The notes below the pieces were generated by a model, which did no database searches, was not told the DNA's origin, and saw nothing but the letters and a program-made list of their open reading frames with translations. A DNA stretch of 64,000 bases from Perkinsela sp. CCAP 1560/9. Lineage: Eukaryota; Protista; Euglenozoa: Kinetoplastea. The translations under genes were made by a program, and so were the position numbers. The stretch is taken from contig CBFFSA010000001.1 of assembly GCA_965644495.1 (NCBI GenBank), positions 806,001 to 870,000 of the forward strand. The letters run 5' to 3'. Below are positions 19,446 through 31,548 of this stretch, piece after piece (within the stretch, counting starts at the first letter, position 1; each line of letters begins with the position of its first letter).

Positions 19446-20441
19446 ATGGAACCCGTAACTTGCACTGACCTAGAGAAATCCAGTGTTCAGGGATTCGACT
19501 GGCTAGCAGCCGGGCTTGATTTAACCTCTTTGTCTGCAGCACAAGACGGTGAAGTAAACACAAACCCGATCATATCTTCAAGTAATCTTGCGAACCCGGG
19601 TGCTGACCTTGTTACGGATACGTTTGACCCCTCCGACTTGTTTGCGGCCACGCCAGGCCACACGTCGGGATCAGTGGAAGATACAGCATTGCCAGAAGTA
19701 AAGAAAGAGAGGCCAACTTCTTGGCCGTTTTCGCCGCCCGGGCAGAGGTCTGTGAATCCTTTATCTGAATTGTCTGAACCAGCTCCGGAGAACACGCTGG
19801 ATACTGTGTCACAGGGACGAGACACGGAAATGCCCATGCCATCTGCTACGAAAAGCTGCGAGTTTAAAGCCACAGAAACCTCCTTGTCAGACATCCAGAA
19901 AGCGACGAAATCCGATACAGTAGGAACGGATTGTCGCTCACCAACCTTGCGGACTTACTCGTCACAAGCCAATTTAGCGGCACCAATGTCCTCAACGGCA
20001 ATTAATAGCACGATGCAGGCCAGAGACTCGAGTGTTGCGTCGAAAGGAATTACCTCTTCTGATAAGTCCAGTTTTCCTTTGCGTAAAAAAGTTGAAGACA
20101 TTATTCGTTCGCTGAAAGAGGAAATGAAGAATTTTCCACCAGCTACAATGCGCACGGAAGCGCCTACTGATACAGACCAAACGACAGAAAATTCAGAAAA
20201 CGAACGATTGCAAAACCTTTTAGATGATATGCGCGAAGCTGTAGAAAAGACTACGCAATTCTGCGTTGAGCTAGTCAATATTTCTAGCCTTGCACTTTGC
20301 TACTGTGGTCCTCATGAACAGTTAGGCGAAATTGTACCACAAAATGAAATGCCACTCAAACATCAACTTGAACTCTTATGCTCTAAAATCGAGACTTTCT
20401 ACCTGGAGGCGTCTCCAGCTTTAATTGACTATGCAATGTGA
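19446..20441 (+). CDS. Hypothetical protein (disordered S/T/P-rich N-part, helical C-part)
   Basis: 331-aa ATG ORF on the gene-cluster strand. Confidence 0.7.
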   Translation: MEPVTCTDLEKSSVQGFDWLAAGLDLTSLSAAQDGEVNTNPIISSSNLANPGADLVTDTFDPSDLFAATPGHTSGSVEDTALPEVKKERPTSWPFSPPGQRSVNPLSELSEPAPENTLDTVSQGRDTEMPMPSATKSCEFKATETSLSDIQKATKSDTVGTDCRSPTLRTYSSQANLAAPMSSTAINSTMQARDSSVASKGITSSDKSSFPLRKKVEDIIRSLKEEMKNFPPATMRTEAPTDTDQTTENSENERLQNLLDDMREAVEKTTQFCVELVNISSLALCYCGPHEQLGEIVPQNEMPLKHQLELLCSKIETFYLEASPALIDYAM

Positions 20442-21685
20442 ACCTTCTAAAATTGTTCACACATACTAGCTATTGTATTGTGTCAGACAAAGAAATTGCT
20501 TACAAAAAATGCGCTTACTTTATTTAGTTTTCCTTGCACAAAAATACGGTCCTTTCTGTTTATCATAATCCGCGACCGTATATGATAATTTTTAATAATT
20601 TCTATAAAGCCCATAAATATGAATATTCTGGTATTCTATACGTACGTTCACTTTTCGCCGTTAGCCCTTTTGTGGCATAACCTTGCTCCCTTTGCCAGGA
20701 AGCGCTCTAAGGCGTGGAGATGTTTACTTTATTTCGTCTCTGTTTACTTTATTTTACCAATAGAATTTCTTGCTTTCGAATAAAATCAAAGGACTTTACT
20801 GTAATACACAATATACGCGTACACATTAGAACATGTGTAAAACATTAGAACGCGTGTATATTAGAACACAACAACATGCGTATAGAAACATAAGAAACAT
20901 GCTTCATACTTACTGTACACGTGATTGTCTCTCTGCATGTACACAGTATGTCTCTGTGTATGTATCACTAACTGTGACCCCCTATATTATTAAAAGTTTT
21001 TCGGCTTTGGGAGGGTGATGAAACTGACTAAAAAAAGATGGCGCCCCGTCGTGGCGCCGTTTTCAGTCATAGTGTGGCAAAGGTAAAACCGAAGTCAATA
21101 AGAGAAGAGAGGACGGTATAGTCCCTGCCCATATTAAAGGGGGGGAACGGTATCTGTTCATGTGTACTGTATCCGGAACACTCATCTATGCATGTGTCAA
21201 TGCACCACATATCACGTCAAGCATACGAATTCTTTCCATTTGTTTTCTAAGTGGACAATCATCGCAAATATTTTATAAATGTATTTTTTTACTTTTTTTA
21301 TAATTTAATGCAGAAGCATTGCTCATCAGAGAGCAACTAGCTCAACCTCCATGTATGCAATATGTACAGGTTACACACTTGTGTATAGTATCGAAAGCAG
21401 GTGTGTCATGAATCTTAAATTTTAAATAAGAACGATCCACAGAGATCTGCACAACAAGGCATTTAAAAAAAAGCAAGAAAATCTACAAGACAGCTGTGGG
21501 CGATTGGACGGGCTTTAATACAGAAATGAGCTCCAACTGGAACCCCGCTAAATTCATATTCAATACGCTGACATCCGGCAACAAATATGAAATTGGGCTC
21601 CGTGAAACTAGGCTTATAAAAAACCGTAAAACAAACACATCCAATCCCCTACGACATTCCAACTTTACTTTCCTTTTCTAACTCA

Positions 21686-22273
21686 ATGGATCTTGAAGTC
21701 GATCTCAACCGACCCTTGGACGACCTTGTGAAGGAGATACAACGCTCGAAACCGCAGCGTGGGCGTCAGATCGGACAGCGACGTTACCCCCGACAAGGCT
21801 CCTACGGCACACGTCCGCACGGCGCCCTACCGTACAACAACGCTCGACCCTACCATGAAGTTCACCATCGCGTTCCGGAGGGGTACCACCAAAGTCATCA
21901 TTCGGCACAACGAGGCGGTCGGGGAGCACCCATCACACGCCGCTTTGGTCGTGGTGGGGGCAGTAGCCATGAGCGTGAGGTGCAACTAAATGCCTTCCAT
22001 CAGGACCGCTGGAGTTCACGCCGAGACCCCGTTGGGTATGGTCACCGACGCACACATCGGTACGGGGAGGTGCGTCCCCGCTCCCGAGTTTCCGAAAACG
22101 CCCCTCAGTACACTCGCAGCTATCGCCACCCCGCGTCCCGCCGAGTGCCACATTCCCTCCGTGATCGTCGTGAGGAGGATATCCGCGGGCGCCGTAGTGA
22201 TGAGCTGCAGCGTCGTCGATTTCGCCAGGACACACGAGAGGAGCGACCTCCCCGTGAATCCCGGTTCATATAG
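21686..22273 (+). CDS. Arg-rich RNA-binding protein with an N-terminal UAP56-binding-motif-like segment, copy 1
   Basis: DLNRPLDDLVK resembles the ALYREF/Yra1 (L)DMSLDDII motif. RGG-rich body. Near-identical copy at 25291. Confidence 0.65.
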   Translation: MDLEVDLNRPLDDLVKEIQRSKPQRGRQIGQRRYPRQGSYGTRPHGALPYNNARPYHEVHHRVPEGYHQSHHSAQRGGRGAPITRRFGRGGGSSHEREVQLNAFHQDRWSSRRDPVGYGHRRTHRYGEVRPRSRVSENAPQYTRSYRHPASRRVPHSLRDRREEDIRGRRSDELQRRRFRQDTREERPPRESRFI

Positions 22274-23380
22274 AAATACCTGACGATTCGAATCAGCCCT
22301 AACCCTTAAAATAACGAATTGTCTGTGTTTTCTCTATTACGGATTAAATAAGAGAGTACATGAAAAATGTGACATTATACGTTTCATTCAGATTGGCGTC
22401 AATTCTCGACGTCACCCACTTTAGTTTTAGTCCATTCAACAGCTCATGTATACTATTTGTACAGACCATGCATATTTGTAAACTAGTTATACATGTAGAT
22501 GCATATAAAAACACGTTGCGTTTAGAAACGCATAATTTCGGAATTTACCCAACTACCGTTCTGCCCTCGATCATTGAAGAAAACTATCAAGAAGGGCAAA
22601 AAAGTACTGTAGTAGTTGTACTACCAGTACTGGTGTACACTACTGCAGTAACTACGCCTTGTCCGGATTTGAATCGTTGTCTAGCTATGTACAATTGGAT
22701 TGCCAGATTATTGTTGGGGACGTTAATCGAATGCAGGTCATTGAGGCGCCCTATTTTGGTGGATCGTGATCTACGGATGAAGTTCAATGCATCAACGTTG
22801 CGCAAGAAAGTAAGATGATATGATATATAACATGTCATGCATTGCAGATAACAGCTTATTACATTTTATTGTTGAAATGATAAATGGAATGGTCATCGTG
22901 TTGGGCAACGAAATATTTGAGATGTCGCTCCGTGCCAGTTGAAATACACCCGCGTGAAGTAAAGAGTACATCGATTTGTTTATCACGTTTATCTTCATCA
23001 CTTTCAGAACTTTCTTCGTCAACTGACCTTTCTTCATCTTCGCCAGAGCATTCCAGATCATGGGAGAGACTTTCCTCTTCGTCTGCATTGTTCGATCGTT
23101 TCTCCAACAGTTTTATTTATAAGAAGGTTACCTTGTTATACAATACATGTCATCTACGTGGTGAATACTTCTCCCTCACACTTCGTCGCAACTCGCGACG
23201 ACGCCGGGACCGGTAACAAGCGTGTTTATGAAGTCCGTGATAATGTCATTTAGGGGCAAAGCTCCCCGTTTTCACCTATAATTTCTTTCTGATTTGCTGG
23301 GCTTTCTTGTACATTTTGTGTCACACAAAGTCTTCTTTGTTGAACGCAGCTCTCTCTTTTTCCCTGTCTTTCTACTTGTA

Positions 23381-23884
23381 ATGTTTTCTCGTGTGCTTCC
23401 AAACCTCGCCAAGGACATCGCAAAGCTTCGTCGCAAAGTGATCAAGAAGCCGTGGGATGGAAACTCAGGACCGACATGTGCGCTACGTGTATTCATGTCA
23501 AAGTTTTTCCGAGTTAAAAAGGCTAAACGAAGTCTCGCCGCAGGACATGCCGCTTTTAAAAAATTATCTCCGGCTCAAGTCCAGTCCTTGAGTAAGATTG
23601 CTGCCCAGAATATGAAACAGAAGAAAGCGCTCAGAGAACAAGTGAAAAGCGCACGCTACGTTCCTTATGCCTTGTTCTCGAAGCGTACCGTGCCGGCGAT
23701 ATACAAGGCAGAGAAGGGAAACCACAAGAATCGTAAGGCTTGTTTCCGAGCGGTGGTAAAGAGGGTATCTGCCAAGTATAAGAAGCTGTCAGCCGCTGAA
23801 CGCAAAGCTCTTTCATATGAAGCAGCACGACTCCGTAAGAAGGGCAAGACATTTATTGAAACGCTGGTAAAGAAGAAAAAGTAA
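23381..23884 (+). CDS. Kinetoplast-associated (KAP-like) basic DNA-binding protein with two degenerate HMG boxes
   Basis: Short presequence MFSRVL. K/A-rich. HMG-like segments ALRVFMSK...FKKLSPAQ and PYALFSKR...VSAKYKKLSAAERKAL. Confidence 0.7.
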   Translation: MFSRVLPNLAKDIAKLRRKVIKKPWDGNSGPTCALRVFMSKFFRVKKAKRSLAAGHAAFKKLSPAQVQSLSKIAAQNMKQKKALREQVKSARYVPYALFSKRTVPAIYKAEKGNHKNRKACFRAVVKRVSAKYKKLSAAERKALSYEAARLRKKGKTFIETLVKKKK

Positions 23885-25290
23885 GCGTGTCGATTCATTC
23901 GAAGGTAAAATGTTTTTTAAATATAGTTGATAAAGTAGAAGTATTATAAAACAAATACTAAAATGAATATCATTATTACTATTCTAACTTTTTTTGTAAA
24001 TGTATTCGCGCTGCAAATGCACACATAGGATCATTATCATTTACTAATAGATTTGTTTCGCAAAAAAAATTAAATTTACATGCACAGAACTTACCTTGTT
24101 AAAAATTATGCAATTGTGTTAGATTTCGATGAATACTGTCACCCCCCCCTTGGTTATCTGTCATTTTTGGTCCAAAATCTTTTTTTTCTTTGGATAAGTG
24201 GCGTACTTACTCCTAAAGTATCCTAAACATTTATTCTAGAAAGCAATTGTGAATGAAAAAAAGGAGGGAATTGGACTGTACATTGGAAAATGCCATTTTT
24301 GACCAGTATTTCGAGTACCAAAAGCGTATATTAAGGGAGTTGAAACCTGTTAACTTTTGCCTGGTTTTGCCAGGACACCTATTTCTTGGGGCGTCATTTT
24401 GGGAGGTGTGTCACGGCTTCAAGAAGGGGTATCTCGTGAAAAAAAAATATTTTTTCAAAATTCATTTCCCTATCGTATTTTGAGAGTTTGGGACCTATAC
24501 TAGCTTTCCACGCTGTTGTTTTCGCAAGAATGTAGTGGCATTACTATTGTAATCTGCCTCCATGCACTATTTACATTTATACCGCGTGATATAAGGAGCC
24601 TAAGGTTACGATCTTGAATCGCGGCACTAGAAATCCAGATACACTTCCATTTGAGAGGTAATTCACATTCAGCAAGAGTGCTCTATTGCAACAGCGAGAA
24701 TACTCTGAAAATCTCGCTTCCTCGTACGTGTTGCACACCAATGGTAAATTGCTTGAAAATACCTCCCCATTTTATGACTTTATTTTCCAAAATGTTCAAA
24801 CTTTTCAAGGTTCAAGTTCTCAAGGTATATTGAAACGACCACTCGTGATATTCTTCTTCCATAGTACCTTTGATTTTATACACATTTCTAAAGTTTAATG
24901 ATACTAAAAACAGTTAACCAAATAGGGAGGCATAAAAGGAGAGTTCACTTGAATGGAAAGTCGTGGTAAAGGAAGTACAAAATGTATTTCTGTATCCCGC
25001 AGCACTTTTCCACGATAAATGATTCCTGGAAATTTGGCGCCACTCACTGAGTTGCCTTAAATATATGGGATATCTTCGTGAACGGTGCCGAAAATTCGGT
25101 TTTTCTAAGAATAGATTATGTTGTCCTTGACGGCTTGGTGAATTAATCGAACTAACTGGAATTAAACACGTACGTAGCACGGTAAATTAATATGATTTGA
25201 GCATCCGTCCCACAATAAAACACAAGCGAAACCATTTCTACTATCCTAGTGATCTGATTATTTTAGAAGACTTTCCGAAGCACAAACTCA

Positions 25291-25878
25291 ATGGATCTTG
25301 AAGTCGATCTCAACCGACCCTTGGACGACCTTGTGAAGGAGATACAACGCTCGAAACCGCAGCGTGGGCGTCAGATCGGACAGCGACGTTACCCCCGACA
25401 AGGCTCCTACGGCACACGTCCGCACGGCGCCCTACCGTACAACAACGCTCGACCCTACCATGAAGTTCACCATCGCGTTCCGGAGGGGTACCACCAAAGT
25501 CATCATTCGGCACAACGAGGCGGTCGGGGAGCACCCATCACACGCCGCTTTGGTCGTGGTGGGGGCAGTAACCATGAGCGTGAGGTGCAACTAAATGCCT
25601 TCCATCAGGACCGCTGGAGTTCACGCCGAGACCCCGTTGGGTATGGTCACCGACGCACACATCGGTACGAGGAGGTGCGTCCCCGCTCCCGAGTTTCCGA
25701 AAACGCCTCTCAGTACACTCGCAGCTATCGCCACCCCGCGTCCCGTCGAGTGCCACATTCCCTCCGTGATCGTCGTGAGGAGGATATCCGCGGGCGCCGT
25801 AGTGATGAGCTGCAGCGTCGTCGATTTCGCCAGGACACCCGAGAGGAGCGACCTCCCCGTGAATCCCGGTTCAAATAG
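25291..25878 (+). CDS. Arg-rich RNA-binding protein, copy 2
   Basis: About six substitutions relative to 21686..22273 by my count. Confidence 0.65.
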   Translation: MDLEVDLNRPLDDLVKEIQRSKPQRGRQIGQRRYPRQGSYGTRPHGALPYNNARPYHEVHHRVPEGYHQSHHSAQRGGRGAPITRRFGRGGGSNHEREVQLNAFHQDRWSSRRDPVGYGHRRTHRYEEVRPRSRVSENASQYTRSYRHPASRRVPHSLRDRREEDIRGRRSDELQRRRFRQDTREERPPRESRFK

Positions 25879-26992
25879 AAATGATTGGCGTTGTTAAAGG
25901 TTATTGGGGCCTACGTTGAGTTCAGGTGCGTGTGCCTTTGGAATGGAAGTTTTGCTTTGCTGTATTGTTATTGCCGTGACGTACATTTTGTTTTGCGTTA
26001 GTGTAAAGTTTTTGAATTTGTCCCTTGAAATGGTGGATTTGCATGAAAAGAATATTTACTGAAATCGGAAATCTTTGTTGCACGTTTACCACATTGTGCA
26101 TAAATATATGGTTGGCGCGATCTAGTTTTGGACTTTATGGGAATGAAGTGCATTGCAAAACTATGCTTGTTGTTTTGAATGAATGTGCAATTCGAAACTG
26201 GTACGATTTATTGTAGTACATGTTCACCTGGTTGTGTAGTTTAGCTTATCGCTGTGCTTGAAAAACTACTCCGGTCTACCCTCGATTCCTGAATTGTATG
26301 CATATGAATCCTATTTCGTCGTATTCTATGTAGATTCGTGGGGCATTTTCGATTGATGACTATTCATTGTCGAACACTTGAAAATTTATTTTTCAATGGA
26401 TACACAGGGACGTTCGTTTTTTGAGTGGTTGCTTCGATGGTGTCGGAGCCCAACGTGAAAAACACAAAGCTGTAGAAGCATCACAAGTTGTTAACCAGAT
26501 AACCTTTCAATTCATTCTTTTAACAATTTAATTAAATTTTAACAAAAATATTTTCTAAAGTATCAACCCTTAGTTGCAAGTTAGGGACAGCTGTAGTTTT
26601 TCATGTGAAACGCGCTGATCTCAGATCTGTAAAACTATCAGAGTGCCTGATAGTCTTATTCATGAAATCGACCACTAGGTTATACGAAGGGGAGGAAATT
26701 TCTTTGGGTATTTAGCATACTTGACATGCTATTTGGAAGAAGAGTTTTCGCATATCATTTTTCAGCCATATGTAAATACGGTTAAAAGCGTTTATGAACA
26801 AATAGATTTTTATGCTGCACTTTCTATACACCTCTTAAAGTTGATGAAACTATTTCCGTGCTTATTCCCACAAAAGTTTTTTTTCTGGAAATAAACTACT
26901 TTTTGCAATAACATTATCTTTTTGCGATGTAACCTATGTTCTATAAAAGAATGAATTTAACGACTAGAATTTTGTAGAGATTTTAAACGAAT

Positions 26993-27460
26993 ATGGCTAC
27001 ACAGCGATTGCAGAAGGAATTGCGCGACATGCAACGCGATGCTCCGCAAAATGTAACTGCGGCTCCGCTGCAAAATGATCTTTATCGTTGGAAAGCAACC
27101 ATTACGGGACCGGAGGACACACCATACGCTGGAGGAATTTTTAACTTAACGCTTCGCTTTCCAACAGATTATCCATTTCGACCTCCTCATGTGAAATTTA
27201 CCACCCCTATTTATCATCCGAACATTAACAAGAACGGAGATATTTGTCTTGACATTCTGAAGCATGGAACCACAGGGAATACATGGTCTCCTGCATTGAA
27301 TGTGGCAAAGGTGTTGCTCTCCATCCTTGCACTCCTAAATGAGCCAAACCCGAATAGTGCCCTAGAGCTAGATATCGCGCATGAGCTCCAGTCCAAGCCT
27401 ACGCAGTTTCGAAGGAAGGCACAAGAACACACACTAAAACATGCAAAACCGAAGTCCTAA
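26993..27460 (+). CDS. Ubiquitin-conjugating enzyme E2, UBC4/UbcH5 type
   Basis: RLQKEL, TPYAGG, FPTDYPFRPP, YHPNINKNGDICLDILK (active Cys) and WSPALN. Confidence 0.95.
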   Translation: MATQRLQKELRDMQRDAPQNVTAAPLQNDLYRWKATITGPEDTPYAGGIFNLTLRFPTDYPFRPPHVKFTTPIYHPNINKNGDICLDILKHGTTGNTWSPALNVAKVLLSILALLNEPNPNSALELDIAHELQSKPTQFRRKAQEHTLKHAKPKS

Positions 27461-27761
27461 ATGGTACGAATTAAACTGCAGGTGGCATTTTGTTTAAAAC
27501 GCTTTTGCTGTAGCTCACACGTTACACGGCCCTCGAAATACAGTGTAACACGAAACTTACAATTCTTATTTTTGTATTGTGCGCGAGGAGTAATTCAACA
27601 ATAAAAACGAATAATGAGAAAATAATCAAGGTTTTAAGTTGCTAGATGAATATTAGCATCTCTTCTTTTGAAAATCTAAAGAACTTCACCACGACCCTGC
27701 GCTACACATTATCCTTTGGCGACTACTCATCCACATACACCTTCACCCCCCCCCCCAAACC

Positions 27762-29045
27762 ATGTCCGCGTCCCTATCCTCCTCGGAGCAATGGGTGGGG
27801 TTTGACCTCGACCACACCCTGGTACGCTACCGTCTCCAACCCCTTCTCTCGATGATCGATCGCGGGTTTCGTTCCTTCCTGTTCCAAAAACTCACCGAGC
27901 GCTACACCACCACCTGGTCCTGCTTTGAGGGCAAGACCATCGAGGAGCTCCCCTTCGATATGGGCTATTGCCGACGCGGGGTTGTGTTTGATCTCCACAC
28001 CGGGGACCTGCTGTCGCTTGGCAAGCAAGGCCAAGTCCTCGTGGCCTTCCACGGACGCACGAGACGAACCCCGGAGCAGATTGCCGCGCTGTACACCACA
28101 GACACCCCCTGGCGTGGGTTTGGGTTTCTCGAGAGCAGCCAGAAACGGGAAGATTTTCTGGTGTTTAGTGAAGCCTTCGGCCTCGGCACGCTCTACGGTA
28201 TCATCCTGTGTGTGGATTTCGTGGATGCCACAAAGGATCACCCCGTGCTGCGGGACTACGCCGCGATTGGCCACGTCGCCACGGAGTACTACCAGGGCTC
28301 GTTTGATTGGACCAACCTTTCCGCGCTGCGTGGGTCTTATTACCCTCACATTCTTCGTGATCCGGGGAAATATATTTATCACCGCCCGGAGTTCGTGCCG
28401 TATCTCCACAACCTGCGAAAACAAGGCAAGAAGTTGTTTCTGTGTACCAACTCCCATTTTGATTACTGTAACTTTTTGTTGCGGTTTCTGCTGTCCCCGT
28501 CCCCGGAGAGGGGGGAGGACGACACGCGAGATTCCCCCGCGGTGCTTCGCGAGGCGCTGCATGTGCCCTCGGAGAAGGAGGACCCGCTGCACTGGTGGAA
28601 TCTGTTTGACGTAAGCTTCACCTACTCCTGCAAGCCGGGGTTCTTCTTGGACAGTTCCCGAGCCACGCGGGAGATTGACCGAAGTGAGTACGCTGAAAAA
28701 GGATTCGAGTACTGGGAGGCGCTGGAGAAAACCCCGGAGGTGGCAGTAAAGGATGTGGAGCTGGATGGACGAAAGGTCTATCTCGGCGGGAGCGCGGCAG
28801 TGTTTCATCGAGTAACGCATCCGAAGAACGTAACGTACTTGGGGGATCACCTAATGAGTGACTTCCATGCGTGTCTGGCGATCGGATGGAATGGAGTGGC
28901 GGTTATTGAAGATGACGATCCTTGTAATGAAGCCCTAGGGATTCATTTTGGTCCTCGATTGATGCACAGTGAGGGCTATTGGAGGTCACGTATTGTGGAT
29001 CGAGGTGTACCGGTGTGGAGTGATGCCTTGCATATGGGCCGTTAG
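27762..29045 (+). CDS. HAD-superfamily 5'-nucleotidase (cN-II/NT5DC type)
   Basis: GFDLDHTLVRY (motif I), LCTNS (II), KPGFF (III) and YLGDHLMSD (IV). Confidence 0.9.
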   Translation: MSASLSSSEQWVGFDLDHTLVRYRLQPLLSMIDRGFRSFLFQKLTERYTTTWSCFEGKTIEELPFDMGYCRRGVVFDLHTGDLLSLGKQGQVLVAFHGRTRRTPEQIAALYTTDTPWRGFGFLESSQKREDFLVFSEAFGLGTLYGIILCVDFVDATKDHPVLRDYAAIGHVATEYYQGSFDWTNLSALRGSYYPHILRDPGKYIYHRPEFVPYLHNLRKQGKKLFLCTNSHFDYCNFLLRFLLSPSPERGEDDTRDSPAVLREALHVPSEKEDPLHWWNLFDVSFTYSCKPGFFLDSSRATREIDRSEYAEKGFEYWEALEKTPEVAVKDVELDGRKVYLGGSAAVFHRVTHPKNVTYLGDHLMSDFHACLAIGWNGVAVIEDDDPCNEALGIHFGPRLMHSEGYWRSRIVDRGVPVWSDALHMGR

Positions 29046-29754
29046 TTCAAGATCCGTATCTCCTGTTATTGTCGTCATAAAGTGTGTAGGGCGTATTTTG
29101 TGCAGAAAACAGAAAAGTTTATTGAGCATATTCTATCGGATACAGCGCAAATGTACATACATGTTCATATAAATGTCATGTACATGTACATGTAACGGGT
29201 ACATGTACATGTACCCCCTGTGGAGCCCATTGTATGCTGCGTTCTATAATAAAGGGCAGTGCTCTTCGCCCTTTGTTTCGGGCTCGATTGTTATTTTTGA
29301 CGAATACATTAATTGGCGATGTGAGGTTTTTAATGTACGTCTTTTTATTTTGCGATCATGTGCTTCATTTGCAATACAATGCATTTTGTATTTAACAATA
29401 TTTCGGGTGCAACAAAAGGGGGGACGGTCTGCTTTTTCTTCCTATCACGGGTGATTTTAATCTATTGTCCCCCCCGTTTAAGCGCACCGGTGAAGGCCCC
29501 TTTTAAGCATACTTTTTGAGGAAGCTCATATGTGTTTTATGGAGGCGGCAGTGATTTTATTTTGCATTTATCATGCGCTATCCTGTGCCATTTCGTGCCG
29601 TCCGCAGCAAATAGTCGTTGCACCACGCAGTGCCTTTGCATGCCCCCCTTCTCGCTCGTTTATGTTGTGGCGCCATTACTCGTTTTGAACACGAAAAATG
29701 AGAATACTTAAAAAAGTTATTTCTTTCTTTTACGCTTCCTCTGTGTACCTTAAA

Positions 29755-31131
29755 TTACGGTTGAGTGATAGCCATATTTCCGATTGACTTGAAAACGTCT
29801 TCTTCTTCGTCGTCGTCCACTTCTTCTTCACTGGTACCACTTCCCAACGAGAGTTCTTTGTCAGCTTCGCAAGCCTCCGATGTAGAGTGGTCAACATCGA
29901 TGGGAGCGTGTTGCTGGAGAGGGGTATCTGGGTCCAGGTTGGAGTGAAAGTTTTTTTCCCTACCAAGGTTCCTCGATTGGGGATACATCCCCCACTTGCC
30001 CAACACGACCGAATGCTTTCGATAGGACAGGAATCCCACGCGCGTCGCACAAGATGCAACATTACGTCTAAAGAAGTGTAGTTGGAAGAGGCCTCGGTAT
30101 TCTCAGCTTCTTCTTGGACAAGGTTCTGGTATCGACCTTTGAACATTTTTATGATACCTAGATCGGCCGGTTGCCACAAGTGAATCATGCCCGCAAGTCC
30201 GAAAAGAACCGACCCGCCTTGATAGGAGAATTCGCTCCGCTGCTTCAACATGTCGGGAAGATGCCGATATCCTTTAAAACGGTCCAATAGCCATAATATT
30301 TTTCCGGGCATTAATTGTGTCATTTTTTTGAACACAGCAGAACAAATTTGTGCGTCCGCCCATGCGTTTCGTTTAATGCGAACACATGCGTCGTCCCGGT
30401 AGCGATTCGCTAGATTTCTTGAGTTTCGGGACTTGGGATCGAGCTCACCTTTTAATACAAATGAGACGGGCAACTTTTCTCCGATCATACATTGTTGTAG
30501 AGGTGCCAATGAATATCGAGACTCGACATTTTGAGTTTACATTAGAGATCGCTTCTGGAGCTAAAGAACCCCTTCTTCTTCAAACGTACTTTGAACCGTG
30601 TGAAATAAATAGCCCGGTCTCATCTACCGGCACCCGAGTTTACACACCCGAGTTTCACCATACGCCTCGGCGTGAAAGCGCACTTTCTGAACAAAACTTA
30701 TTACATCCTCATCCCAAGAAAAGGGCAATGATTTCTTCTCTTCAGCAATTCAATGTGTATAATCGTTTTTTAAGTACTCGCTGAATCCAAGATTGCAAAG
30801 CGCTTTTCTTACCATCAAACTTACTTCCAGTGATGCTACGGATGTAGGACTCTAGTTGATGCGTGGTGAACTGTTGCTTTTCGTCCATACAAGAAAATAC
30901 ACCAGCCTCAAGCGTCATCTGGTTCTTGTGGTGGGAAACTCGGGCATGTTTGCTCTTTGGAGCGGCGGCGAAGATTGCATCTGAATCTTGAAGCCATCAA
31001 TAAATGGTTTTCGATGGAACATTGACCTTGACTTCTGACCGCGCGTGTTCCATCTTAGTTGTCAGAGTTTCGCCAGGGCTATCCCTTACGACCTTCAAGA
31101 CTTTACACTTTTTCTCATTGGCGTAACCCAT
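29755..31131 (-). pseudogene. pogo/CENP-B-like (DDE_1) transposase pseudogene
   Basis: NAWAD, KILWLLDRFKGY and LWQPADLGIIKMFKGRY are DDE_1 motifs. The N-terminal HTH region from ATG 31131 has in-frame stops, and the acidic tail is in a shifted frame. Confidence 0.85.
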
Positions 31132-31548
31132 TGGTCAAGACTATGTTGAAATTCTCTGGTGATGTTATATTTTAAATAATAAAGACAAAAGGTTGTTTTT
31201 TGCAACTATTTTCATTCGAAAAAAGGATGATAAGGAAAAATGAGAATGGTTCAATTTTTTCTGAAAAAGCTGCTGCCAACGTCAATTCTGAGAATAGCGA
31301 CGAAAATTCACGAAAAAGGGCTTTTTTACGCGGCAATGTGCAACTGTCCATCCTCAGAAGAGTGACTTTTACTGTATTACTCCTCTTTATCAGACTGACA
31401 TAAGCACCCCACCCCTGATATCAATATCATAGATTCACGATTACATATTATTTTAGATTCCTACTGTATTCAGGAATTGTAGTTTATAACGCCCTGTTCG
31501 CGTCTTTCCCAATTCGATATTCTTCTTTTTGGCAGAACTTCAGTTCGC

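Noticed and set aside
22296-22308. CCCTAACCCT telomere-like sequence
   Set aside because: Fewer than two units, so likely chance.
22360-23216. Several short ORFs on both strands
   Set aside because: Fragmented with no recognisable motif. Possibly a decayed - strand gene, but not supportable.
27774-28850. 358-aa - strand ORF
   Set aside because: It is antisense to a clear 5'-nucleotidase and has no motifs.
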